Positions 27,141-39,500 of a stretch of DNA of 64,000 bases are shown piece after piece. The notes under the pieces were generated by a model, which had not been told where the DNA came from, ran no database searches, and saw only the letters and a program-made list of their open reading frames with translations. The position numbers were made by a program, and so were the translations under genes. Within the stretch, counting starts at the first letter, position 1. Every line of letters starts with the position of its first letter. The DNA comes from Felis catus. Taxonomy: Eukaryota. Where the stretch lies: positions 109,928,001-109,992,000 of the forward strand of contig NC_058368.1 of NCBI RefSeq assembly GCF_018350175.1. Reading direction: 5' to 3'.

Positions 27141-28037
27141 AGAAAACTCGACACCCCCAAAACAAATAATCCAATTAAAATGGGCAGAGGACACGAACAG
27201 ACATTTCTCCAGAGAAGACATCCAGATGGCCAACAGGCACATGAAAAGATGCTCAGCATCACTTATCAGGGAAATGTGAACCAAAACTACAATGAGGTAT
27301 CATCTCACACCCGTGAGGAGAGCTAAAATCAACAACCTAAAAAACAACAGGTGCTGCTGAGGGTGTGGAGGAAAAGGCGCCCTCTTGCACTGCCGATGGG
27401 AATGCAACGTGGTACAGCCGCAGGGGGCAGTAGCATGGAGCTTCCTCAAAAAGTTCAAAGTACAAGCAGTTTATGATCCAGCAATCGCACGGCGAGGTAT
27501 TCAGCCAAAGAATACAAGAAGACCGATTCAAAGGGATACACGCACCCTGATATTTAGAGCAGCATTATTTACAACAGCCAAGATAGGGAAACAGCTCCAG
27601 TGTTCATCACCTGATGAGTGGATAAAGCAGATGTGGTACACGCGTCTCCAGTGGGATATTATTCAGTCATAAAGAATGAAATCTTGTCATTAGCAAAACT
27701 ATGGGTAGAGCTAGAGACTATATATACTAAGTGATACAAGTCAGTGAGAGACAAATACCATATGCTTTCCCTCATATGGGGAATTTAAGAAACAAAATGA
27801 ACAAGCAAAGGGAAAAAATAAGAGAGAGAGGTAAACCAACAAACAGACTCTTAACCATAGAGAACAAACGGCTGGTTACCAGAGGGGAGGTGGGCGGGGG
27901 ATGGGTGAAATAGGTGATGGGGGTTAAGGAGAGCACTCGTGATGAGCACCGCGTGATGTATGGAAGGTTGAATCGCTCTACTATACACCTGAAACTAATA
28001 TTACACTGGGCGTTAACTGGAATTAAAAAAACCGAGA
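27141..28037 (+). mobile_element. 5'-truncated carnivore L1 (ORF2 end plus 3' UTR) inserted into a MER58
   Basis: GAAGACATCCAGATGGCCAACAGGCACATGAAAAGATGCTCAGCATCAC... followed by an A-rich end. Flanks aagt(a/t)tttctta are duplicated. Confidence 0.85.
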
Positions 28038-28230
28038 AAGTTTTTCTTAAAGGGACCGACAGCAAATCTTTCCGGCCTTGTGGGCCATGCTCAACTCTGC
28101 CTTGTAGCACAAAGATAATCATGACAGCACATACATTAATGAGCACCACTCAGCTCCAGTGAAATTTTATTTAAAAAAGTAGGCGGGAGGACAGATTTGG
28201 CTTGCAGGGAGACTTGGCCTACCCCTGGTT
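28038..28230. mobile_element. MER58-like hAT-Charlie MITE (first ~20 bp left at 27120-27140, split by the L1)
   Basis: AGGGCTGGCAAG...TTCTTAAAGGG...GTGGGCCA...CTCAACTCTGCCTTGTAGC...GATTTGGC...ACCCCTG resembles recalled MER58A. Confidence 0.7.
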
Positions 28231-28979
28231 CAAATCTACCTTCCCCAAAGACTTCCAGGCAGCTTACAGAGACCTAGATAACCTGAGAAGGGGAATAGAA
28301 CCCTGAGGAAAATGAGGGCAGACAAAAAACTAGGGAGGGGACATAAAAGAGAACCAGGAGGGGCTGATGCCAGGGGTTCAGTAAGAAAAAACTCAGTAAG
28401 CCCAGACTCTATGACCTCTGCAGCCACACAGCGTGGGATGCTCTAGGCCAGTGTAGAGGGGAGGATGGGCAGGAGGCGGCCTTGGCAGGTCGGAGTCCCT
28501 GAGGAGCATCCGATGGGCAAGGAGGGCCTGCCCCAGGGCCTGTCGGGTCAGATGCACTCGCTCTTGCAGGACCAGGCACCGTGTGGGCCCTGGCCAGACA
28601 CCAACTACAGACATGCCGACGAGTGGTATTGCCGGGTGTTTCTGGGACACCCCTCATCAGGTCTGGACTTAGCTACTCCGCATCTTTGAGGGGTGGGGCT
28701 CAGAACTGACAGGACGGAGGAGGTCCTGGCTTACTGGCGAGAACACGGGGCTGTGCAGTGATTGAAGTCCGGCACCGGGGCTCAGGAGACTCGGATTTTA
28801 GTTGAATTCTGTCACTGACCAAATGTCCCCTCATCCCTCTGGGCTCTGGTTTCTCCACCTGCGTGTGCCCTGCCCACCTCCTGGGGTGTTGGGGAGATCT
28901 GGCAAGAGAACACACGTGAATACTTCTCCCAGTGTGAGAAGTGTGACGTACGTGGGTGTGTTACTTTTCTTCTTCTTCT

Positions 28980-29191
28980 TTTTTTTTTAAAGTTTATTGA
29001 TTTATTTTGAGAGAGAGAGTGAGCACACATGCGGGAGGGGCAGAGAGAGAGAGGGAGAGAGAGAATTCCATGCAGCCTCTGCACTGTCAGCACAGAGCCC
29101 GATGCGGGGCTCGAAATCACAAACTGTGAGATCAAGACCTGAACCGAAATCAAGACTTGAATGTTTAACCGACTGAGCCACCTAGGCGCCC
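28980..29191 (-). mobile_element. Can-SINE
   Basis: Poly-T, (GA)n, reverse head ...GACTGAGCCACCTAGGCGCCC. Confidence 0.92.
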
Positions 29192-30329
29192 TTCTTCGTC
29201 TTATTAACAGCATATGCAAAACTCCCCTTGACCTCCTAGAGCCAACACCAAACCATCCCTCTTGCCATTCCCTGTGCCCTTTTCCATAGAAGCAATCTGG
29301 TGGCAGGAGGGAGGGAAGGCTATCAATCACCGTGGCACAAAGGGTTGTCAGAGGGCAGCCGCAGAGCAGCTCCTGGAAACGCTGACCCTCTGCCTTGCTC
29401 ACCGACCAGGGCGCCCCACCACAACCATCATGAGACCCATCAAGATGTTTTTTGGCTAATTAGCCCAGTGAGGGAGTGCAGGCCCAGAGAGAGGCTTGGG
29501 GTAGGGCACAGCGGGGAAGGTGGGTCATGGATGCAGGCAGCCTGCTTTCATTTTCAGGGGGAAAAAAAAGTACACAACAGCATTCCCGATGGAGTAAAAT
29601 ATTGGAGAGCGCTGCTAGAGCCCAGTGAGTTTTCTCTGAAGCATTGCTCTGCTTAAAAAAGCCCCATTCCTATCACTTCCATAATAAAAATAAAACACCA
29701 GATAGCTGATTTGTCCTGTGTCATAACAGAGTCATAAAGGGTTCATACCTGAGTTGCTTATGAAAAGTTAATGGTTAGTCAGTTCTGGGGCTGACATATT
29801 TCTAGTCTAAGCTGTTTGTGTGTCAAAACCTAAGTCTGGAGGAAAATAGATTTTGCTTGGAGGCTTGGTGGCAAGATGGCATCTTGAAAAGAGGGCAGGG
29901 AAGTAGGGTGCGGTCCCAACCTCGAGAGCCCCTCAATATCTCACCTGCTTGGGTCTAGGGCAGACTCCATCCCAAAGAACAACACCAGAGCTGCTAGCAG
30001 GGGGTCTGGTGCTGGGGACCCCCTGGCACTTTCGTTCTCCTGCTTCCCTGAGCCTTTGTACCCACAGCCCTTCCTCACTGGAGGGCCCTTGAAGCCGGGC
30101 TCGGGTTGTGGTGCCCCCTTGATGAGGCTGTGTAGTCAATGGGGACGACAGGTTGCTCAGGCTGAGAAGCGCGCCAAGGCCAAGGTTTCCACAGATGAAC
30201 CGCAAAGTGATGGATTGGTCATAACACCAGCTCACAGTCTTCAAGACCTAGCTCTGTGCTGGGAAGCTTCACACACATCGCCTTGTATGATCCTCAGAAA
30301 TAAAACTCCCAAACCAGAAAATGAAACAA

Positions 30330-30549
30330 GGGGCATCTGGGTGGCTCAGTCGGATAAGCATCCGACTTCGGCTCAGGTCATGATCTCGGGGTTCTGGGAC
30401 TTGAGCCCTGCGTTGGGCTCTGTGCTGACAGCTCAGAGCCTGGAGCCTGCTTTGGATCCTCTGTCTCTCTCTCTCTCTCTCTCTGACCCTCCCCCATTCA
30501 TACTCTGTCTCTCTCTGTCTCAAAAATAAATATTAAATTTTTTTTAATA
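30330..30549 (+). mobile_element. Can-SINE
   Basis: Head GGGGCATCTGGGTGGCTCAG. TSD ga(a/g)aatgaaacaa. Confidence 0.92.
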
Positions 30550-33252
30550 GAGAATGAAACAAAAGCCCAGTCCCCATAGGGCGAGGAAGCAAGCTCTCCT
30601 TCACAAGGTCTGCAGACTCTGATTTTCTCTCACCACCTCCACTGCACCCGGTGGCCCAATGCACCATCTTCTCACCTGGGGGACAGCAGGGACCCCCACT
30701 TCTTCCCCTCTGCTCTGTCCTCCACACGGCAGCCAGACCCTCCCCCCTCTCTCCGAGTCACAGCCCCAAAGGGTCTGCAGGGATGGCCTGCCATCCCCAC
30801 CTTCTTCCACTCCCCCCTGCTCCTTCCACGCTGGCACTGTGGCCTCCTGCTCGCACTCCAGGCATCCTGCCCCATCCTCCCGAAGGCCGTCAGTCTGGTT
30901 GGCACCCCCTCCTTGAAGTCTGCTCTAATGTTAACTGCTGAGACAGGGTTGAGAGCCCTCCCTGTAACCCTCACCCCCATCCCTCACTTGCCATTTTCTC
31001 TCCCTCTCTCTCTCTCTCTTTCTGGCACTTACTACCACTTAGCATACCATTTGTATGTCTCCCTCCGACTGGGATGTGAGCTCCCCAGGGAGGGCAGGGA
31101 CTCTGGTGCTGCACGGTGCTCCCTGCTGTGCCCCCAGTGCTTGGCACGGGGCCTGGCGTCTGTTGGGCCCTCAATAGTGATTCAGCAACTGGATTGCACA
31201 AGTCACTGAGCGAGGCTTTCCGCAGGGACTGTGTTCAGGATCTCTGGGTTTGCAAACTGGGGCACCCACCTCTTGCCTTCCCATCCACCTGAGTGTTCAG
31301 AGACATGGGGTCAAAACGAGGTGGCTGGCAGGAAGGCAGAGAACTGATCCCAAGCATGGGGGATCAGCATGGGGTGGCCTCTGCTTCCCCACCCCATCTC
31401 CTTCTCCATGCTGTGTTCCTCAGGCCAGCCACAGAGGCTGGGATTGACCAAAGAGAAGGCTCTACCCAGAGCAGCAGGCAGACACGGAAAAGCCCATGCG
31501 TGCCATCTCAGGCTCGGCTGATGACTTCTGGTGAGTCCCTAACGACGTCATTTAACCTCTCTGTTTTTCCTCATTTCTGCTGGCAGCAGGGGCACAACTC
31601 CTGAGCGATCACTCAGGTGCTGAGGGGTGTGCATCAGTTCTTCAAGGGCATGATGGGATGCTGGATACGTTACGGCTCTCCTTCAAGCACCTAAGTCGTT
31701 ACCAGCCTGTGACTTAGGCCCTGGGGAGAAGCTGACTGGGCAATAAATAAAATAATGTCTCAGGGCTAAAACAATAGGCATCATATAATCATAGAACGAA
31801 ATGCATATTGTTTTCTGGAACATGAATACTGGCTACTGAAATCAAATTTACCTCATTGGATGCGAAGAAATTACTTTAAAAATTGATTTATAACAAGCTA
31901 CATAATACTAAACCTGCAATCCTTCCTCTCCTGAATGTTCTTTGAGATGTGTCTGAATGCTGCTATCAATGCTTGATTGCATCTCTGTAATTGTCTTTTT
32001 ATGGATGGCTTTTTTTGTTGTTGTTGTTCTGAAGCACAAAAATGTATTAGCAAAATCAAGGTTCCTTCCAGAAATAAACAGATGACAGATTAGACCATTC
32101 TTTGTACTGATGCACATCTGTCTTTGGGAAAGAGACAATTTTACTAAAAGGCATAGTTTTTGTCTTTTAAAAAGCTATTTTGTAAGTATCTGCCCTTAAT
32201 AAAGAAAGTAATTAAATGAGACTTAAGTATTAAACAATATTTAAGCAGAGGGTAGATGGGGCAGGTTGTCATAGTGATACATGTGACTCAGGTCTAAGTA
32301 ATATGAAAATGAGCCATCAGTGCTGAATATTTAGCGACTAGATGTGAAACACAAGGACTCCAGGGTGATTTCAGAGTTTAGGTTAATGATACTGTCAACG
32401 CTACAAGTTAAGACTCACTTTAGAACCATTTATTCAGAGCTTTTCCGACCCTGCCTTTCTCAGTAGTGGAGTCCTTCTCAGGAGCCCTCTGCCCTGGCTC
32501 TCTTTGGGGAGGAAAGAGTCAAGGAGAGGATCTTTGTCCCATGCTGGTTCGATTTGGCCCCAGAACCACTCACCCCAGTGTCCCTCCTGCATGAACGTTT
32601 CAACACAAAGGACCCAAACACTGAACAATACGCAGCCCCTTGGTGGTGACCAGGCTTCAGACATGTCCATTACCCAGACCAAGCAAGGACCAGATGCATC
32701 ACAGTGGGCACACAGAAACATCCACGTCAACACACAGTACACATGAGCATGCGCGTGTGCCTTCATGTGCCCTCCCGCCCCCATGCCTCTGTAGTTGACT
32801 TGACCACCCTGACCCACACTGGGGTCTCTGTGCTGGTCACTTCCTTCCAGACCCTTATAGAACATTCTTGCCACTCTGCACACACCTGCTCAGAGTTCTC
32901 TTAAGAAGTCCCTGCAACTTAGAGCAATCCTTAAGTAGCTGCTGAACATCTAGGGTAGGGTGGAGCTGCTATGGACAGTCACGTTCAGTGTGAGCAACCC
33001 AAAGTTGGTCAGTTCTCTTGCTTATTCCCAGCTCCAGGCCAGCGAGCCACAGGAGTGAGAGGAATCACTGTGGGGAGAGCTCCTGGCTTCCCCGGGATTG
33101 CCGGGAGTACGTGGTCACTGGCTGACCTGGCTTTTATTTTCAGGTTCCCCCGTGATTGTGACTGCCAAAGCGGAAGCACCTTATCTCTCTGTGTACCACC
33201 GTATTGTCCCCAACGTGTGGCTCAGCTGGTGTTTGCTGAACGAATGGAGGTG

Positions 33253-34700
33253 TGTTAACCACTTGTGCTGGCTCTCAGGGAGCCCTGAGGGGAAGGGTAG
33301 TCAAGAAGTGATGTTATCCAGAGAGCGGTCTGGCTTTTGTTCGCCTGGGGGCTTTGGCCACTAGACTGCCTACCGATGTGATTTCTGATGGGGGCTCTGG
33401 CCATGCAGTACCAGCTCTGTCTCCCAGGGGCTAGGAGGTAGAGGTCAGCCATGTGAGCAACACGTGGTCAAGCTCTCACAGAAGCTCTGGACACCAGGCT
33501 TGGGTGAGCTTCCCTGGCTGGCGATACCTTGTGCATGCTGTTACATGGCAACGCTGGGAAAAGGACACGTTCGTGACTGCACCGATGGACAATGGAAGCG
33601 CCGCGTTTGGACCCTCCTGGAATCTGCCTCATGGGCGGTGTTGGCGGAGGGAGTCTTCTTCTCTTGGCTGATTTTTTTTTTTCTTATAAACCCCAGAAAT
33701 TCAGAAGTTCAAGACCAAGGTGTTGGCAGATATGGTGTTTGTTGAGAGCCTGTTTCCTGGTTCTTGGAAGGTTGTTTTTTTCTTTTTTTGCTGTAACCAC
33801 AGATGGTGGGAGGGGTCAGGACTCTCCCTTTTAATAAGGGCACTAATCCCATTCATGAGGGTCTACCTTCATGACCTATTCACCTCCCACAGGTCCCACC
33901 ACCAAATACCCTTACAGTGGGGAGTAGGTGTGAACACATGAATTTTGCTGGGATATAAACAGTCAGTCTATGGTACAGACGGTTGCTTCCACACAAGAAA
34001 CGATGAACAGAGGATAAAGGAGTTCAAATTCTGAGAAACAGATATCAGACTTACACCCAACATAACTCTATAAATAGATTAAATATATGAAGCAACATTT
34101 TAACGTGCGGTCTCTGATCTTTAAGAAAGGAAAACATGAGATGATGTCCACACTGTCTCCAGCTCTCTGTTTGAGGGCATTTTCCAAACCGTAGCACAGA
34201 CAACCAGCACTCACAGAACGGCAGCAATGGAAAAAGAGGTCGGAACACAGGTCTCTTGAGATACCTAGAATTTGTGAGCTGGGGTAGCAGAGAGGATGGG
34301 GCTTTGAAGGGAATTTCTTAGGGGGGGGCCCTTGAATCACTGGCTGGACACTAACTTATAGATGCTCAGGGTGAGACTCTGCAAAGCCTTGCAGATCTCA
34401 TATCCTGGGAGTCTGTGAGTGAAGTGGAGATCCCAGAAATGGCACACTGTTGAGAACAGTTGGGGTTTGGACCATCCAGAATGGAGAGACCTTGCTGAAC
34501 ATGCCAGGTATCCCCGTGGCTGATTTTAATCTATGCTCTTCCACTGTAATAAACCATAACTGCGAGTATAATAGCTCTCAGCGAGTTCTGTGAGAACTTC
34601 TGGCAAATTATTCAGCCTGAAGGTCGTTTTGTGTACTCCCCAAACTTGTAATTGAGGTCACAGTGAGGGAGGGCTTGTGTGGATTGCTACCTCTCACTTT
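33253..34700 (+). mobile_element. MER21-type (MER21C-like) LTR split in two (about 33253-33675 and 34517-34700) by an 841-bp insertion
   Basis: TGGGTGAGCTTCCCTGG...GGACAATGGAAGC...CTCTTGGCTGATTTT continues as AATCTATGC...CTGTAATAAACCATAAC...GAGTTCTGTGAG, matching the recalled MER21 consensus. Confidence 0.7.
33683..33977 (-). mobile_element. MLT1A-like MaLR LTR, truncated at its 3' end, carried inside the 841-bp insert
   Basis: ATAAGGGCACTAATCCCATTCATGAGGG...CATGAATTTTG...AAACAGTCAGTCTATGG is the reverse complement of the MLT1A 5' part. Confidence 0.75.
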
Positions 34701-35313
34701 GCAGTTGGTTCCAAAATTCAATCAGGGGGATCCTGACCCAGTTGTGTGCATGTCGAGCATTTGGCCTGGGGGCAAACCTGAATGTCCAAGCGCACATGGG
34801 TGTCTAGGCACTTGGAACAGGAAGCTCGTGTCAGAGCCTGTGCTCTGAGTATCCAGCGTGTCCATCCCCAGAGCCCAGACGGCAGACACCTGTTGACTCC
34901 AGGACTCCAGGGTATCACGTGGATAAGGGGCGGCTTACGGGACCTTCTGGTGGGTTGCAGGCTTTGGGTCCTCACCTGATCAGCCTGGTGTGCCCGGCTG
35001 GGGCATGAGGGGACTCTGGTGATATACTGTACTGCAGCCATGACCTGCAGTTCCACACTGCCTCGAAACTGCACCTGGGAAACCTGCAACCCTTCAAGGG
35101 AGATGCTCCGTCATGAATCCCCTGTCTGAGAAGGCCTTATCAGCTCCTCTGACCCGAACCACACTCAGAGCCCAGAGAGCCGATCGGCATTCTTGCTGTC
35201 CTTGAAACACTCAAGGGAGTATTTGATTAAATTTCCTTCCATGGTTCATTTCAGGGACCAGGAAGGCCTGCAATCAGGAATTTTCTCCGGATACACTGTT
35301 TTAAAACCGTATA

Positions 35314-35777
35314 TAGGCATATCTCGTTTTATTGCCCTTCACAGATGTTGTATTTCTTTACCAATTGAAGGTTTGTGGCAACTCTGTGTAGAACAAGTCA
35401 ATTAGGGGCCTTTTTTTCAATAGTACTCACTCATTTAGTGTCTCTGTGGCACATGTAATTCTTGCAGTCTTTCAAACTTTTTCAATATTATATATGTTAT
35501 GGTGATCCGTGATCAGTGATTGCCAGTCACTGAAAGCTCAGATGATGGTTTGCATTCTTTCAGCAATAAAGTATTTTTAAATTAAGTATATACTTTTTTT
35601 AGACATATGTTATTGCTTACTTAATAGACTGTAGTATAGCGTAAACATAACTTTTATATGTACCGAGACCAAAAAATTCATTTGACTCATTTTACTGTAG
35701 TATCTGCTTCATTGGATATTCATGTCATTGCAGTAGTTGGAGCCAAACTCGCCGTATCTGCCTCCAAGGTATGCCTG
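35314..35777 (+). mobile_element. Internally deleted Tigger1-type (Tc1/mariner) DNA transposon
   Basis: Terminal inverted repeats (T)AGGCATATCT...AGGTATGCCTG. Internal CAATTGAAGGTTTGTGGCAAC and GTTATGGTGATCCGTGATCAGTGAT match Tigger1 ends. Confidence 0.8.
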
Positions 35778-35875
35778 GAGCAGAGTGTAAACTGGTACAG
35801 CTTTTTTGGAGGAAGATTTGGTGAAATCCATCAAACTGGAAACGTGCTCACCCTCAGATATAGTCATTCCACTTC

Positions 35876-36532
35876 CTTTACTTTTATTTCTTTATATTTT
35901 ATTTATTATTATTATTATGTTATATAATTTATTGTCACATTGGTTTCCCTACAACACCCAGTGCTCATGCCAACAGGTGCCCTCAACGCCCATCACCCAC
36001 TTTCCCCTCTCCCTCACCCCCCATCAACCCTCAGTTTGTTCTCAGTATTTAAGAGTCTCTTATGGTTTGCCTCCTTCCCTCTCTGTAACTTTTTCCCTCA
36101 CCTTACTCTCACTCATGGTCTTCTGTTAAGTTTCTCAAGATCCACATATAAATCTGTCTTTCTCTGCCTGACTTATTTCACTTAGCATAATACCTCCAGT
36201 TCTATCCACGTTGCTGCAAATGGCCGGATTTCATTCTTTGTCATTGCCAAGTAGTATTCCATTGTATATATAAACCACATCTTCTTTATCAGTTCATCGG
36301 TTGATGGACATTTAGGATCTTTCCATAATTTGGCTGTTGTTGATAATGCTGCTGTTAAACATTGGGGTCCATGTGCCCCTATAAATCAGCACTTCTGTAT
36401 CCCTCGGGTAAATTCCTAGCAGTGCTATTGCTGGGTCATAGGGTAGGTCTATTTTTAATTTTTTGAGGAGCCTCCACACCGTTTTTCAGAGCGGCCGCAC
36501 CAGTTTGCATTCCCACCAGCAGTGCAAGAGGG
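35876..36532 (-). mobile_element. 5'-truncated young L1 inserted into an older L1 fragment
   Basis: Reverse L1 3' UTR/ORF2 end with a T-rich tail on the left. Perfect 15-bp TSD tagtcattccacttc at 35861-35875 and 36533-36547. Confidence 0.88.
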
Positions 36533-39500
36533 TAGTCATTCCACTTCTGAGAACTTATCTTACAGACCTGCTTACACCATGTGCAAAGAGGTGTGTAAAA
36601 GCTGCTTACTGCAGTACTGCTTGCCCTTAACAAAGCCTGCAAACAGGCTGAGCGTGAGCTCCCCTGAGTAGGGCTGGGGAGGAGAGCCCACACAGGGTAG
36701 GTGCTCGGGGCTCTGCACCCAGGGTCCAGAAGCTAGATCAGAACCTCCCTGAGGGACCCGTACCTTTGACATGGAGCCGCGAGCGGTCACTGAGCACAAG
36801 TGAGGCTCTGAAGTCAGTACTGTGAAGGAAGAGAGGTGACCCTGAAGAGGCCACTGAGACGTCAAAGGCCCAGTAGAGGGAATTGGTGGGGCAGAGGCCC
36901 CAGCAAGTTGTACAAGCTGGTGTATCCTGGGTCGGGACCCGTCTCTTCGGGAGCCCTGGCCAATACTCCCAGTGGCTTGAGCTCACCCAAAGCTCAAAAG
37001 AGCCGGATGATCATTTGCAACCGGGGTTTCTGATATAAGCCAGGAAGAATTGGCCAAATCCTTCGAGGGCTTCAAGTATACTGTTTTCCAAGATTTTAAA
37101 ACAAAATGTACCCAAGCGTTTAATGAGATTATTTTAATGCAGAACCTATAACCACTGTCTTTCGTGTTGCAAACAGCTCTCCATGCTAATCAAACGCCTC
37201 TCATCTTTTTACAATGGATTCATGACTGGTTCATATAAAGACAATAAAAATTAAATGAGTCATGAGCTCCTAAATCATTCTCTTTTGGTCTTTTTAATAA
37301 CTTACTTCCAAAGCAGAGCTGGCTGAGAGCATATGCTTCATTAGAGTTATTTGTTCCTGGTTTTACACCATTTAGGCATGGGAAAAAAAGCGAACCTTTT
37401 AACACATCCTTCAAACACTGCCACAAATACTTTCTTCTAATGGGTTTTGTTTTTTTGCTTTTATCACTGTACTCCGCCTACTGACATTTGAAAGCCCCAA
37501 ATAGCAAGATTCAGTGAAAGAAAAGAGTGGCTCTTTCAAGTTGTTTGAGATATACTGGGTCTGTTATAGCACCCCCCCCCCCCCCCCCCCCCCGCTTTTT
37601 AAAAAGCTGAATACAAGAGAAACATGTTTGCTCCTCCTGAGAGTCTCCTGGCCAAGTAGTTCCGCGTGCTGCACTCAGAGCCTTCCAGCCCCTGCTCTTG
37701 CTGGGGCAGAGCCCAGTGGGCTAATGAAACCCTGCAGTGTAGTCCATGTGGGCTCACATCTAGGATGCACACATGCCGCTGGGGTCCCGGGCACCACAGT
37801 GGGTACTGCTGGACAGGAGGCAGGGCCAGCCAGCCCCAGAGGGAGGCCTTGGCAAGGCTGGGTGCTGGGTGTTGTGTCCCCAGAGCAAGGCTGACTGACT
37901 GCCGGCCCTGCAAGTGCAGAGCCCTGTGAGTTGCTTCACCCCATTTCCTTCATGGACTTGGGGCGAAGAGTCAATGAGACCATACTTGTGAAAGGGCCGG
38001 CATTAAACCTGGGTCTCCCTGGAAACGGGTCAGGACTCCAGCACTGACCCTAGGAAGGATTCAGCAGTGTGACTTTGCCGATGTCATCTTCCTGCTTCTG
38101 CTCCCCTCACCGGCAGGTCTCCTGTCCCTCAGTATCATAAGGGACAGGGAGGAAGACAGTTATGAGGGGAGGGCAGGTGATACTGTTGAGGCAGGACGTG
38201 CAGACTAGCTTTGGGGACATTCACTTCACTTCATGCTGAGCGGTTTGCTGCACAGTCTGGGCAGAAGGCCGAGGCCCGGAATGGCTTTGCACATTCAGTT
38301 CTTGCAGAAAGTGAGTCAGCCTTTCCCTCTCCACCCCCAGAATACCTAGGAAGGAGGTCAGGGTGGGGGAGCGAGTGCATGGATATGCCTCTGAGATGGG
38401 CCCCCAGAGCCTGGCAGTGAGCCCTGAGGAGACAGGGGCTGGGGGGTGGCTCACTGGGGATGGCCTAGGCTCTGTGGCCCAGGTGCAAAAGCCAGGGGCT
38501 AGGTGTGGTCAGGGGTGTCCCTGGCTTCTCTGTGGGATTCCCATGACCCACAGATCCCTGTCGTATCACAGGACTGTATGACCACACGCGACTCCTTGGT
38601 CCCATCTGTTTGGATAGCTGCCGTGACAGGCATCTTACCGCTTGAGGACAAGCTTCCCCTGTGGGCTCAGGGTACGGCGCCGGACTAAGGGAGTGCCCTT
38701 CCCCTATGTGACAATGTGTTACCTGGGCAGAGCAGAGCCACAGGCCAGGGTGGGCTGACCACAGGCTCACACTGGAAGAGCCTGCGGGATGAGGGCTTGT
38801 CCTCTATCACAGCAGCACGGGCACACTCCTGGACGGCGGCTCGGAGTTCAAGCTGGAGCCCAAAGCCAGGACAGGCAGAGCTGCTGTGCCTGGACCCACC
38901 CCCAAGTCCCTGGTACTGCTGAGGTGGGGCAGTGGGCCACGGATCCTTGAGGGTTGGGACCCAGGTGGGAGACCACAGGGCCAGGTCTGAAGGCACCGGG
39001 ACTCACAGCTGCCTTACTACACAAACCAGCGGTTGGCCAGGAAGTAAATTTCAGGTGGTTTTTTGTTAGCTCTAGGGAATATGCGCTTCAATAGAAACTA
39101 ATGATTTCTCATCTGACAAGCAGGAGGAGGCATAAGCCAGAGGCCCCCTTGCCTGGAGGTGCAGCAGAATTCCTGGTGCTGCTGCTCGTCTTTGGGGACT
39201 TTGCGCCCTTGGTCCCTGTGCTGCCCTCTCCTCAGAGGCGGGGTGGTGGGAGGTTGTTTTGCCAGGTGCAGCTGAGACAGGATCCTTCATGCCGTGGGCT
39301 GCAGTGAAGCTGAGGCCTCCTGCAAAGGGGTGGCTCAGGCAGGGCCAGGGGCGCACCAGGTCCACGCTGACCTTCCCGGCAGCCTTGAGAAGTAGAGGGG
39401 ACGGCGCTCAGCCGGGAGCCCTGCACAGCCAGGGGTGCTGCTCCCCTAGGGAGGTTACCAAGGAGGAAGACTCCTCCCCGACCCCAGCCAGTGGGCTCCT

